A DNA stretch of 63,588 bases, filler included, from Hyphochytrium catenoides (GCA_900088475.1; 5 parts of 5 records of this genome joined end to end with filler, not necessarily neighbours in it), one strand, 5' to 3'; positions 36,107 to 50,137 are shown, counted from the whole stretch's first letter. Numbers and translations: made by a program. The notes: a model not told the origin generated them from the sequence alone.

Positions 36107-37351
36107 CCGCCACCATCAGCTTCCTACTTTTCCGGTTCAGGACCTGTGCACAGTATTCGGATTCCTCATCAGTTCCTTTGGCCTAGCATCATCAACATGT
36201 TCCAAAGGCCTACACTAGTAACACTTCTACTGTGCAAAATGGAGAGTTCACTCTTCTAGGACTTCTAAGATTTTGAAAGAACTCCTTCTATATTAGTGTT
36301 GGTGAAAGATTGCCACCACTTTGCAGAAGAGAGACAGTCAAGCTCAAAAGCTACTCCATCTCCTGTCGTCATTCGTTCTGTGTGATACCTTGTCGACAAC
36401 AACAGGGAATGGGATCAGAACCAACAGCATTCTTATGACTTCTTGACCGACTCTCTTACGAATTTTCTGCTCAGCAGCAGTAGCCAGTCATGAGCTTCCC
36501 GCCATCATAATAGATGGACCATGCGGAAATAACCGATAATACTTTCATAGAGCGCATTGGCCGTACAGGGCTTGGTCAGTGGCTATGGCAATGCATCCTC
36601 TATGTTCTAGAAGAGATTCTGTAAGCTCAAAAGTGTGAAAGGTCAAGAGCTCCTCGTCTCATTCAGACGCCAGCCCAAAGATGTGACGAGCCGACCACAT
36701 CGACCATGTTGATTGGCAAGCCCACCGGCTGCGCTCTCCAAAAAATAGGAACAAAAATTTTGCTGGTAGGATGATAGCGCATGAGGCAAGCATATTGAAA
36801 TGATCGCAGCCGGAATTGGGCCTAAGTAGCTTCTAGTCCCGTCGGACTATCGGCGGTAGACAGACCGCGAAACCATCATGGATGGCCTTTGCTATAGAAA
36901 AGGACAATAACGACAGAGCTTTTTTGTCTGCAGGATAGTGGAGACAAGAGACATAATGGCTGTGGATCACTCACTGCCCTACTAGCCAGCAGTGAAGGAG
37001 ATCCAAAGTTCTGACCAAAGTCTCTACAATGGAAGTCGCAGTCTCTGCCCACCTCCTTCCTGCAAACAGATGGAGAAGGGAGTGTTCTATCTTCCGCATC
37101 CTCACACCCTGGCGCCTGGCGCCTCACCTTCCCAAGATACGCCGTGTCGTGTGGAGTACGACGTCGTACAGCTTCATGGGGAAGTCTAGTACACAATTAA
37201 ATTGGATCTAGCTTGGTTTACCTCAGACCACCCCCTGAGCAAGCAAAAATGCTACCAGATTATGGGACCCATTTGGGGTTTATGTAGAGGCGCCGCACTG
37301 GTGTTCAAATCGTACGTTCTCGGCCTTTTGGCTAAGATCAAGTGTAGTATC

Positions 37352-37451
37352 NNNNNNNNNNNNNNNNNNNNNNNNNNNNNNNNNNNNNNNNNNNNTTAAT
37401 TAATTAANNNNNNNNNNNNNNNNNNNNNNNNNNNNNNNNNNNNNNNNNNNN
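37352..37451. other. Artificial contig linker (TTAATTAATTAA within Ns)
   Basis: Linker at 37396-37407. Confidence 0.97.
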
Positions 37452-37482
37452 GATCGAAAGCTGTCTAAATCTTTTTGTCCTT

Positions 37483-38794
37483 TCAACTCCTTGACTTCTT
37501 GGCTCGACATTTTCTTGACAAACTTTTGAAAATCTTCCACGCTCCGTCCTCCCTAAACATAAGAAATGATAGGATGGTTAGGACCAGAGTTGGGACCATA
37601 GAGAGGGCTAAGAGTGTCCAGAGAAGAGACGCGAGAACAGCGCAAGAAAGCAGAGCCTGCAAAAGAGAAAAGTTCTGCCCTTCAGTGACAGGGACCACAG
37701 AGTAGCTACTGTCAAGTAGGTCTGCTGTGTCAGCGACGGCTTCTCATTCACCTTATATTGGCGGACCTTTCCATCCCTCACAAACTTCAGGGTCGGGTAT
37801 CCCTTAACGCCGAATCTCTCTCCCAGATCTGTGTGCACAGTGACATCAACGGTACCTAGAAAGGTCTGATCAGCTCAAGAGTGATTGAGTATAGAGAGAA
37901 GCCGATAAAGCGGGACGCAAAGATTGGGGCAGTCAGACGTGAGCGCTATCACATTTAAAGATTGATGACAAAAGAGGTAAAAGCTGAATTAGCGTCAGAC
38001 ATGGCAAAAGGAACTTGCAAGCTAGATTAGGAATCATGACTGAAGGAGATCTTACCTATCTTGAGCTTGTCTCCTGTCGACGCCGCAACGTCTCTCAGGA
38101 CTGGTTCTAGCTTCCTGCAATGTTGGCACCATGGCTAAGAGGGCAAAGATGCAGAGCATGAGGATGTAAGCTAACAAACGACGAGATAGACACAATGAGC
38201 GGAGTAAGCCTGGAGAGAGAAGGAAGCGTAGAAGGATTGGAGCATCTGAAAGTCCTTTAAGGAAGCCTTGCGGAGAGGAGGACGGGAGGCCACGACACAA
38301 GCTGTATGTGAATTGCGAGAACGGAGAAAGCTAGGTGGGGACTTTAACGAAGACATAACGTGGAACAAACAATAAAGATCTAACACAAAAGACATCGCAC
38401 TGAGAGCAATAGCACAGGAAGATCTGCTGAGGCTGATACTATCTATTAAAGTGAGAAGGGAAATAGGTGTACAGGAGGGACGACAGTCCATTTCAAGGTC
38501 CTTTCCCTCTAAGATATACTGAGTAGACTTCCTACCGCATAGAAGTCCAGCAGCCATAGCTGCGAGGGATCTTGGAAAACCGTCGAGTCAAATGTAGAGC
38601 TTGTCAGAGCCACGGGAGTCCTTTCTCTCTCTCCCGCTGCTGTTTGGGCAATAAATAGAGCGCACAAAGCCTGGAAAGACGACAGAAGAGCCGAACAATG
38701 GAAGGAGAGTAGGTGGATGAGCACTGATGAGTGAACTTCCGTTGCACAGCTCCTGAATCAGTACCAGAAGAGGTTTGAGCCGGATTAACGACAT
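37483..38794 (-). CDS. TMX/PDI-like thioredoxin-domain protein (signal peptide, WCQHC site, probable C-terminal TM)
   Basis: Spliced: MSLIRLKPLL|ALCALFIAQTAAG...LWLLDFYA|PWCQHCRKLEP...KIG|TVDVTVHTDLGERFGVKGYPTLKF; last exon assignment is less certain. Confidence 0.85.
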
Positions 38795-39449
38795 CCTCTC
38801 CTTCGCTACCGCCACTATCGCGACAATGCAACTTCTGTCCGGCAGCCTGCGTTCTCTATAACTCTCTCCTTCCACCCGTGCTTGCTTATATAGATCTGCT
38901 TGTGCTCTCCTAGAGATTTTATGATATCTTGGCCTAAGAGGACTCGAGAAGACTGCATCGACCGAGCAAAGAGCGATGCACTGATCGCCGATGGTCTGGC
39001 AGGAAGCTTCAGATGGATCATCATCAGAGCTTTGCCTCTTGGATCTCAATCAACGTATTGTGCAAGATCTTGGCGTACGGTAACGCCCAGTCCTTCTGTG
39101 TGGGTTCTGACCCAGATAGCCGGTAACCGTCACTAGTGAAAGGTTATCTGGATGGGGATGTCCGTTGTCCAAGGATATGGATCTATTAGGACGGCGGTAA
39201 GCCTCCTATGCAGTTGCTCTCGCTCATCCCTCGGTTGATGTTCTACTAGGCTAGGGGCCCGTCCAAAGCTCCAATCTCAGGCCAACTCGCCTTTCACCTT
39301 GTCCGCAACTGTGTTTCGTGATGACAGAATGTCAACTTTTTCACACACACACCAGCGAGAATACAAACAGACGACATACGTATAGAGAACAGAGCGCAGA
39401 TAACATAGTCTAGAGGAGAGAACCTTTAGAGAGGCACAATGGTGCTTTA

Positions 39450-42400
39450 TTATGACGGTTCGACGTGGATGTGGAATGCTCTCAGGTGCGCCCTGTAGTG
39501 CTCTTTGGTCCGATGGGCCAAAACTGCAGCTAGAACAGCGCCAACGGCACAGATAATAGCGGTGACAAGAAATGTTAATCGGAAGCATTCGTCACCGATG
39601 CACCTGTTTGAACCTATGGGATACAGGTAGTGAGTGTGAAGCTACGAGGCTGTTGCAAGCAAGGCAGCATAGGTGTACTCGCTTCCCGCTTCATCTGTCC
39701 TTTCCTCTTCTTTGTTGGCCTGATGGGAACATTGGCCTGATGGGAACATCTCTTTCAAGCCGCCTAACCTTTCAGACAAAAAGTAGTCCTCCCAGTGTTG
39801 CTCCTTTTCAATCCCAGTGTGTTCATTCCCACTCACCTGGCTGCACGTGTTGCTCGTAGATATATGTGGAGAGCCAAAGACTGATGACCACGCTGCCGAT
39901 GCAGGGACCAATGCAGCTGAAGGCATATATACTCCCAAGATTTCTTAGACCGAAGAGCTCGCTAACCAATGCTGAGGAGAGAACAAGCGCCGTGTTAGTG
40001 GTCCCATCCACAGATGCAGCTGGCTTTGCAGGAAGCAAGAGGTGACCTAATCATCTTCGAGACAGAGAGGAGCCGACAAGCAATAAAATCAACACCGACG
40101 GACTTGGGCGCCTACGGATACCTGGCAGTAAGGACCAGAAACCTCCATATGAGAAGCCGACGCAGCAGCAGCTGAGTGCAAGAAGGGTAGCACTTCCAGC
40201 AAAGGCCATAAATAGTTGACTTGCGCACATTAAAGATACTGCTTGAACGAGACAGTAAGTAGCACGTAGAAGTTACGCGAACAAGGAGAGGCTCCGGTGT
40301 CGGACGGAGCACGGGAAGGGGAAGAGACTAAAAGAGAGTCATGCGAAGCAATTAATCAAGAGAAGAGCAACACGAGGGAAAGTCGTAGAAAGCAACATGG
40401 GGAAGCCGGAAAAAACGTTATCGCCTCACCATTTGCAGCTAAAAATGATGGGCGAACGAGCAAATGAGCATAGCTGTCGGCACCGTGCCCAAAAAACATC
40501 CGGCCGAAACAGCTCGTGACCGAAAGTAGAGAAACAAAAAGCTCCTTGTCCGCTAGACCCTTTGCTTCAACAATTTGCGAGATGTTGTTCATCACCAATA
40601 GCCCGCCTAGCGATTGTGGACATGAGGGACGGGGACAGACAATGGGACATAAGTCAATTAACTGTTAGTCCCAATACAAGCCAGAACGAATAGACAATAA
40701 AGCACAATACACACACCCGTTGAAGGGTCATCTCGTCTATCGAGTGCAAGGTCCTCTGGCACCACGGCCCACGTTGTGACAGGGCACTGTGACGATGTAA
40801 CGGAAGATAAAGAGCCACTACTATTCAGAGTCTAGAGGTCAAGCTGCTACTGTGGCGTTCTCTACCTCCTGTGCCTCCAAGCAAACCGCCGATGATTAGC
40901 CAAAAGTTCAAGGAAGAGAGAGCCTCCTTTACCGACTTTCCAGAATGATGGTGATGGTGAAGGAGAGGAGTTGAATCATCGTCCGAGACATCCTCCACCT
41001 CAAGGGTGTCAGGACCAGGCATCGCGCTTAACTCAGGACCCAGCTCCTCCAAGCACTCTTGACTTTCGTTAGCCTTGGCTGCCACAGTGAGTAGCAGGTT
41101 AGGGGAGCATTAGCAATTTAGTCGTACTGGTGAGTGCAGTGTGAGAGCAGTGAACAATCACAGTGTGGTCAAAGGGTCCAGAGAAGAACAAGTGGATTGG
41201 GAAGCTGACTAAGGTTGTGAAAAAAACGTCAATACGCAAGGTCAGAGCGATATGGAACGAGCTAATAAAAGAGTTCTGCGCTACAAACTGACAACACCTA
41301 GGGTGCGAGGTCAGGAAGATCAAGGGCGATCGAAAAGGACGACACTGCCAAGTAAGCTTACCTTCTCCTAGAGGGTGAAACCTCCTGTCCCTAAGAATCC
41401 AGCTGGATTGAATGAAAATGGGACGCACGCCATCGATGAGAAAGAACAGGCTCATGAATGAGAGGGAGAAGAGACAGATGGCTACGTTCACAGCTGGAGA
41501 GAAGAGATGTGGCCACAAACTACGAAGCAACGAGATGACAAAAAGGAAGATTCCAAGGAAGATTACGAGGAAGACGCCAAATTTTAGCCGCGATAGCACT
41601 GCTTTCCGCTGCATGGCAAAGGATCAACAGCTGTGTAAGCAACTGCTTACGCAATTCAGAACAACATGTCAAGCTTAATAATAGGGGCGACTCGGAAGCG
41701 ACGGACAAGGATGCTAATAAAGAGGGTGATTAGGTCAGGTGAGCACTGCTAATGAAAAAAGGAGGGCCCCAAAAAGGACAATGGTAGGGAGGCGATCACC
41801 TACCATCGTCATATCTTCGTCCAGTGTCACTGCCGGAGGCACTAAGTTGAGCCCGGAAGAAAGTCCCCAGCCAACCAAAAGAGCCGCCACGCCGAGAAAG
41901 GCGACAAAGTCAAGGGCTTGTGGCTTGAAAAATGTGACGTAAAGCTGAAAGTTTAGACATGAGCCAGCGAGGGTAAGAATTGAGACCGTTGATCCTTGTG
42001 ATGTAGGGCTGAAACTAATGTGGCACCCCGTCGGAGCAAGGGCGAATAACACGAATGAGATTGAACGAGAGTCTTCTAGTAGAAGGCGAGCGTGTTCCCC
42101 CATGGGACCCCGATGGGAGAAAGGTCTATATTTTGCGCCGCACCTCGGTCCATAGGGCTGCGCTGAGTCCAAAAAGTGCCTTCATCAGACCGCCTACCAT
42201 ACCGCGATTGCGTGCGAAGTTTGGAATCTATAGCATAAAGCATCAAACTAAGTAGCTCCATACAGTCCCAACGAGGAAGAGGATCAGAAGAGGTAGCTTC
42301 ATTCCCCTTAGAGTAAGCAACAGGAAGATCACAGGAAGGGGTCTCACAAAGCCTAGCGGGTGCTCACCGATGTCGCGAGTGCTGAAGTATCAAACCAAGC

Positions 42401-43844
42401 GCTCCCAAAGCCCCACATTGCACAGTAGAGGGCTGTCTCCCAGAACTGGAGAGGTAAGAGGGCCAAGAATGTTATCCTTACCCCTCAAGGACTTGGAAGA
42501 AGTGATGGAGATAGGGCCACACAGGTAGACGAGATGTGGTTCAGTGGCTAGGACAGAGTACCGAAAGAGGGACACAAGTCGATACAAAGAAGGAGAGACA
42601 TAGGGGCAAGTACAGCTTAGGTAACCTGTGCGTCTATGTAATGTTTGGCAGAAGCCCATAGAAGGAGGTAGCCCACGCATGTTATGGAGCTGCCTACGAG
42701 GACAGTAGCCCGACTGCCGTAGCGGTCAAAGAACAAACCAGAGACTACAGCACAGAGTTCGAGAAAGAAGAGATTGTGAGAATCAATACACATTGGTTCC
42801 CTCTGATGGCTATGTCTTCTATCTACATCCATCTGCCATCATTCTTCGGACTCGTCCTAACTCGGTCAACTGTCTCCATTTACCCTTTTCATTGTTCCTT
42901 CTCTTCTCTAGCCTTTCTGTCCCTTTGGCCCATAAATAGCAGGCTGGTTCTAGACACAGCAATTAACCTGGTTTCTAACTCTAAACAATGACACGCTTAC
43001 CAGGAAAGTAACTGCCAAAGTTTGTGGCAGTCGCAAGGACCTGGATAGAGGAAGATATATAGGGAGAACCGGAGGCCAAACGCAAGAGCAAGTTATGGAA
43101 AGCTTGCTTACAGAAAAGACACCAGGTAAAATCAAGTGCTTGAACAGGAAGGCCTCCTCTTGGATAATATTGTCATGCAAGAGAGAAGGGCGCGTTCATA
43201 CATCGCTTGACGCAACCGAAAGCTGTCAGAAAGGTGCTTTACACTTGCACAAACCAGCGAAGAGACACAGAGAGGGCAAGAAAGAGGGTCCAGAAGGGCG
43301 CCAGTTGTAGCGCTCTCTTTCGTCGTGCTGACCTGGATCTTGCGCTGAGCGGATGGGTCGCCGGGGAATAAGGCATCCTTGAGCTAGACCAAGAGGTGGT
43401 CGAACGTACCAACGTACCATGTTAGGAGCAAGATCAGCAGAAGAGAGAAGGAGCACAACTCTATCCATATGCACTTTGCTGTGAACGATAGTGACAAGGG
43501 AAGAGGGATAGAAGCAAGGCAAGAGCTAGACGGCTAGAGCAGTGGAGGATAGTAGTCTATCTTTCTCCCTGAAAAGCAGCGGAAGGAGGAGCAGTACCAC
43601 ATCCAAACTTCGGCTCACATCACGACCCAGCGGACAGCAGTGAAGTTTATAGGGTTCCAGGAACTTGACAACGAGAGGGGGAAATCTTAATGGAAGGTGA
43701 AGAGAAATAGGGAAACGGCACCTCGGAGGAGTAGATTCCGTAAGCATAAGGCGTTCCTCCGGCAATCATCAGAAAAAGGCAGCAGCCCAAGGTGAACCAT
43801 CGGTTCACGTACCAAACAGCACCATCACTGCTGTCTTTGCTCAT
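39450..43844 (-). CDS. Nodulin-like MFS transporter (NFD4/Mch1-like), many exons
   Basis: NRWFTLGCCLFLMIAGGTPYAYGIYS, GLFFDRYGSR, FWLIIGGLLGGTG, NNISQIVEA, SCFGRMFFG..AD, SELFGLRNLG. Confidence 0.9.
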
Positions 43845-45458
43845 ACTCCCCCTTCCCGCCGCCTTGTCTCGTCTTCGAGACCAGGACAGCGGCTCTCTTC
43901 TTCCTTTTGCCCACTTCCTCCCGCTTTTCTAGTTCTAGTGCCTCTTCGAGTCTCTGAAGTCTCTCTGCCTAATGCAGTTCTCTTTCCTGACCTCTCACCT
44001 AGGCGCTTCTCAGTAGTAAGGCTGTCGCTCTCCGCTGTCCTCCAACGGGACTGGTTCTCTCGCTCTTTGCTGATGCTTGTTGAGCTTCTCGTGAGCTCAT
44101 CGCCTGGACACTCTCCTTGCTATGATGAGCTGATGAGCATCTGCCACAAATAGATTTGGGTACCTTATTCCGACAAAGTAAGGATGACAAGAACGGAGGA
44201 ATATATGCTATTCACTATACAGGCTCTCCACAGTAACACTTAGCCCTTTATTAGTATATATCTTCCCTTATAAAGGGCAAGATTAGGACGAAGGAAGGAC
44301 GAACTGCAGTTCAGAGCCCAGAACCAGAAGAAGACATGAAGACCAAGAAGAAAACAGTGGAAGAGAGCAGCAGCGCAAGTAAACCAGAGTATAAAAGTTC
44401 TTCATCAGACGCTATGCTGAGCGCACATAAGCTTCTGGGCAAGCTACTGAAGATTGGCCGTACGGAAGTCACCAACAACCTCCGATTGCGTAGGGCATCC
44501 CGTCAAGACTGTTCTTGAGAGTCAAAGGTCCTTCACCTGGACTAGCATGGTCATAAGTACCCTACACGAAACGGAAAGGAGAGAGCTCGCTGCCCTATTA
44601 CCAATCTCAACCAGCCGCCGGGTTATGACCCAGAGCCTAGTAGTCAAGACCTAATGCCCATTGCTTTTGTCATGAACCCGTCAGCAACCCTCCCAACCAC
44701 TGTTTACTCTTCTTCCAACCAAGGTGTAAGTCGATATCTAAGTCACGAGCTGGTGGAGTTTCTCCACGAACAGCCCTTCCAGCAGATGATGCAAGTGCCG
44801 CTTGCAACTACCGATTCTTTCAGATTCTTCCTGTCCCCGCCAAGGGCTATCGTGTGGATGCGTCACTATTATCAGCGATTGTTGGACCCTTATGCTGAAG
44901 ATGATCTCGAAGGCGATCTGCAACTGGGCTGATTGTCTGCCGTTAAAAGCCCTCCTTAACCAAGTGCGATAAATTAGGGTCGGCAGAGACAGCACAGGAG
45001 ACACACGGAGTAGTAGGTCACACGCCGCATGGGACCTTCCTCGCCGCTTCATTCTTGCTGTGTTATTGAGAGAAGAATGGAAGAAGAGGGTGGGACTGAT
45101 TCCAGTACACACTCCGTTCTCCCCTCCTATTTTACGTTTTCCTCTTCACCTGTTGTCACCTTCTTGCTGGGGCCAACCGCAGCAGCTTGGGAGAGGAAGT
45201 CGTATTCCTCCAGGTTGCTGCCTTATTACCTCAAAAAGGACATGCCGGCGTACTGCTCAAGCGGCAACAAACTGGAGGAATAGAGGTCCACAAATACCTC
45301 ATAAGCTCCTGACACCAGCGCGTTACATAATGATCATTGTCGTTTCCTTCCTCGAAGTAGAACCACCGTCCTATTACTTGGCAGCACCACTATTATAGAC
45401 AACCCAGCTGACGACTGTCTCCTCGCCCCTTTCCTATTCGTTTCTCTATCTATGTACC

Positions 45459-45690
45459 AGGTACACACAGATGATGACCAGCTCTGTTCCTGGTCGCTTC
45501 CATCTCTCGAGGCACACGCAGATGATGATGCCCTGTGCCCATGAGCTCCTGGTTTTATCTACCTGAAAGGCACACGCAGATGATGATGACCTTCGCCTTC
45601 GCCCATGAGCTCGGTCGGTCCTTTAACTATCTCACGACCGAGGCACACAACACCAACCAGATGGTGATGCCCTCCGCCCATGAGCTTCCA
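45459..45690. repeat. Four degenerate direct repeats, core GGCACAC(G)CAGATGATGA...GCCCATGAGCT
   Basis: Units begin ~45459, 45509, 45568, 45640 with variable sequence between them. Confidence 0.75.
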
Positions 45691-46603
45691 GTCATGACAC
45701 CACGCCCTCCAAAGGGAGAGGCCGCGGTCGATGGTCGCCTGAAGCAGCTAGGAGGAGCTACATACAGCTGGAGCTGCTGGGAACTCCAGGACCGTCGTGG
45801 TTGTGGGAGGAGGAGAAAGATCGAAAAAGTTCAAGAAGAGAGGAGACCTTGGAGGAGACACAACCGGACGCCATTTTACCAACCCAAAAGTGTGAAATAA
45901 GCTCCAGAACCACCAGGAACCTTGATTTTTGACAGTAACCCACACAGTCTGCCTGTTTTTGACAATTGTCTTCACAAAAACTTGCCCTTTTGTACAAGTG
46001 CAATAATTCACTTGCAAATTTTATGATTGACTAGCCGTTAGTAATCGCAATTTCGAACTTATAAGAAACTCCTTGCCAAGAATAGGCTCCCTTGGCAGTT
46101 CCTCCAATTTCTGCACTCTTGCCATCTTCTCTCTCCCTCTTCCCACACGTTTTGACCTCTCTCTCTGTCCTTTCTCTCTTTCCTCTCACTCTCTCTCTCT
46201 CTCTTTTTCTCTCTCACTTTTTTTTCTCTCTCTCTTTTCTCTCTCCACTCTCTCTCTCTAAATTTTTCTCCCTCTCTCTCTTTCTCTTGTTCTCTCTCTC
46301 TCTCTCGCTTCGCGCTTTGCCTCCTCTTTCAAGCATACCTTCCCTCCTTTGGTCCTCGCTGCTCGCTGCCCTTCTGCGGGAAGGATGATTGCTTGATGGA
46401 GCGGCGGGGGAAAGGCCGCGCTTCCATTTCCCTCCCTTTCGTCGCCTTTCGTTCATACATGCAAAGCTACCTTTCCTATCAGTTCCTGCCAACTCTGGCA
46501 TTTTTGCCACTTCTTCCTGGCACGCTCCTAGGGGGCGGTAAAAGGTCTTTATTAGCTTCCATCTTCTGACACCACGGTAGAGTCACATAAGCTAAGAGGA
46601 GCC

Positions 46604-49475
46604 ATGCTGTTGGAGAGCCAAGTCGGCCCACCAGATCTCACGGCACTTAAACGAAAGCAGCTGCAGGCTTTATGTAAAGCTTGTGGGCTAAGGTAAGGCT
46701 GTGCTTCCTTTTACTCGGATAGTAATAGAAGATTATGCACGGGCGTGGCGCAAGCCAGAGTCCGTGGAGGACTCGAGAGCCCGACGCTGGAGCAACAGAG
46801 TACAAAGCAAATATTAGGGAAAGGGTTAACTCGTGGAAGGGAGAAAGGCGGCAAGGGAATGGTGGCAGAGGCGAGAGCATGGAGGAGGATGGCAATAGGA
46901 GTGTGACAGAAAAGGGAAGAAGAAGGGACGACGTTCCCATTCCACCAAGGAGAGAGAAAGAAGAAGAGACAGGAGCAGATATCTGGCTGAATCAATGACG
47001 AGGAGCAAACGGCAGACAGAGAGAGAGAAAGAGAGACATGAAGAGAGACAGCTTTTAAGAGGGAGGGCAAAAGACCCCAGCGCAAGACGCAGGTTGGCAG
47101 GCTGAAGAGAGTGTATCCCAGACCCGAACATATAGCTCTGACAGTTCAAGCTGCTTGTGTAGGGCCAATGGGAAGAATGCGGAGATGATTGCTGAACTGA
47201 ACCAATTCTATGCCACAAGCCAGACACACCGAGAGGGGTCAGATAGGTGAGTCTAGGTTGTAACATGGTTAGCGTGGGAAAAGTTGCTTACCAGCCGCTT
47301 ATATTTGCAGAGAAACAAGGAATGGACGTTGTGCCGGTACAGCCGAGGTTCCAAAGGAAGAAATAGATGCTGTTTCCATGGACAAGAACGAAGCCTCTTC
47401 TTCTTCTTCCATCTCACCAGTAGACCAACCTGCAGAACTGCATTCCCTCTGTGGTCAACCCCAACAGCCAGCTAAGGAAGAGGCCCCTCAACCGATGGAA
47501 GAAGAGAAAGAAAATGATGCTCCACCTCCGCCACCCGCGCAAAGACATTCTATAGTCAAAGAGGAGAGAGCTATGAAGCGCAAGTCAGAGCTTGAGGCTC
47601 GAAAAGACCAGAAGGTTTTGCATGCCTTGTTCCTCTCCTGCCATCGCCATGTCTCGTCGGGGAAATCAATGAAGAGCTTGTAGCCATCCCATATCTCCGT
47701 ATGCCTTTTTGAATGTTTCTGCCATCTACCCCATGCCCATTGTGGCAGTACTTTTCTTGCTCTCCCCGTGACTCTCTTTCTCTTTCTTCAACTCAAGTGG
47801 CTGTTCTGTGGCGTAGGCGAAAGCCTTCCAGCGAGAAGTCAAGGATAAGAAGCTCAGACAGCCGTTGAAGGCCATCAATAGCAGCAACTCAACTACAGCC
47901 TCTCGCCCTAAGACCCCAGGATCTGGAAGAAAAGTGATGGATTTTGACGCCATCCATGCCAGGTCAACCTTTAGGCACAGTGGAAGGGCATCGTCGATGT
48001 ACATAGAGGGACAATAGAAAGCAGCGCAAAAGAGAGAACAGAAGAAGACGGCAATGAGGTGCAAGCGCCAAAGAAAAGCGGTTAAGGCAAAGCGAGCCTT
48101 TTGGAAGTATAGTAGGACAGTGAGAGCCCTACAGCTTTCTGACTTTGATCTTCTGCCACCAGAAACTTTAGTAAGAATGAGACGCTGTGGGAGAGAGAAG
48201 CAAGAAGGAAACGAGAAGCACAGGCCCTATTGTCAGGAGGTCTCTTTATTTGTCCTACCTTTTTAGAACCTCTCTCTCTCTCATACACGTTTTTTCGTCT
48301 CCCTAGGCCGCACACAGACACCGCGGCTCAAGATGCTTGCGCAGGTAAGTGACATGGTTACATCGTTTGCTCCCGCCTAGCTCTTGCCTGAGCCTGATCA
48401 TCTTAGGCTCAGAAGACCCCAACACCTGGCCAAGTTAATGCAGCAGCAGGTGGGTACTTTTCAAAGATGAGATTGAGGATTGCAGCCGATCGACGAAAAG
48501 ATGACGGCTTGATGAGAACTAAGATGATAGCTAAGAACTGCGTGTTGTCAGACATTGTAAAGGAGCTGGACCTGAGAAGCCCATCGACCGCAATCAAAAG
48601 AAGGAGGAGCGGTGCCTCTACAGGTGCGCCGCAGGTGTTCTGATGGAGGAGTTTCTGCGCCTTGTGAATTTTCATATCTTATATGGCGTCTCCGATGCCG
48701 CTTCTCTGTCCTCTTTGAATATTCTCTCCTTCCCCAGTAGTCCTCTCATCTTCTGGGCCCGATGTGGAGTCATACGACCTGACTGTCTTCTCAACGTCAT
48801 CTCCATCCGTCTCTCTCTTGTTTACATTACCGAGTCTCAAAAGCTCCGTTTTCCTCTGCTTTCTGCGCTCTCATCCTGCCTGCACTGCAAACAATTTACA
48901 GCTACGCATCCATCGATCCCCGCAGCTCCATCCGTTCCGCAATCCGTTCCCTGTCAGCGCCAAGCTACCAAGCCTTCAGCACTCGTCACCAAGCGGAAAG
49001 ACGCAACTACTGTCAAGAAGCCAGCGAAACCACTGATTGAGAAGGACAAGAAGAGATATAAACCTTACACAGGAAAGGTCCCTCCTTACACAGGTTTCTC
49101 CACTCTGATGTCGCCCAAGATCGTAAATACCAAGAAGGGGAAGGTTCCAACTGTTCCTTCAGAGCCGCAATTGGTGGGATCAACTGTTCAGGTGCTGGAC
49201 TCACTGAGGCTCCTCTGCTCCCTCGTCTCTTGCATAAGGTGGCTTCTCAGGGTTGTCAGCATTAGGCTGCTCTACGTGTCCTTGTAGTGTGTGCTATCAC
49301 TCTTCATCTCTCTGACTAAGATTCGATCGACTTCTTGTCTGCTTTACCACAGAGAGAGTCCAAGACTCAGTGTATGAAGGCCACGAAGGTGGAGCTGGTG
49401 AAAGGGGTACGAAGCACGAGAACAGAGATTCTCAGAGAGCAGCTTCGCGAGAGAAAGTTAGCCAGTTGTGCTTAA
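46604..49475 (+). CDS. NuSAP/Mink-like spindle-associated microtubule-binding protein, multi-exon
   Basis: N-terminal SAP-like LTALKRKQLQALCKACGL; central MDFDAIHAR; YKPYTGKV (cf. NuSAP Y.PHKGKL); C-terminal VKGVRSTRTE (cf. KGVR.NRRFEL). Confidence 0.6.
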
Positions 49476-50137
49476 GGAAGTCGCACTGGTCTTCGCATTG
49501 GCGAATGTAAACTACACTTAGAGAAGCCGGGCAGGAGGCTAGATACCTCTTGTACCGAAGCCGCTCTATGGACGTCATGACTGTATGTGGTGGGCCGCGA
49601 TACAAGACGAGTAGCTGGTAAAGAAACAGAAGAAGTTAAAGGAGAGAGAGAGACAGAGAGAGAAGAGAGAGGGACAAAGCTAGAAGTGAAGCCGAGTAGA
49701 TAACAGGTGAGAGAGCGGAGAAAGAGACACAACTAGGTAGCCGAGAGGTAGGGTTTAAGGACTGGCTTTACATTAGGGCCATACTAGTCTTGCTCGTTGC
49801 AAAGTAACAAACACGATACATATAGGAACGCTTTCAATAGCCTAGGCGCCTGGAAGAGACTTATTCTAGCATAGATTAGGAAGATGTAAACTGGGAGAAT
49901 GCAAGGTCTTGGCGCTAAGACCCCAACCAAAGATGATGCATAGTGCAGATGTTCAGGGGAAGAGAAAGAAGAAAGACAGAGACACGAAGGACAGAGACAC
50001 AGCGAAGTCATCCTGAACACAAAAGAGCGCCTTGTGACTGCATACGATCACAAATAAATGAAGCAACGGAACAGCTCAGTGCTCCCAGGACAGATGTTGA
50101 AAGATGATGTCAATGCTACGCAGCATCACTGCTATTC

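Noticed and set aside
45459-45690. CRISPR-like array
   Set aside because: Eukaryotic context, degenerate repeats, irregular spacing and no cas genes.
18404-49475. Apparent mitosis gene cluster (kinesin-14, cyclin, NuSAP-like)
   Set aside because: The NuSAP-like gene is on a different contig, and the other two are separated by unrelated genes.
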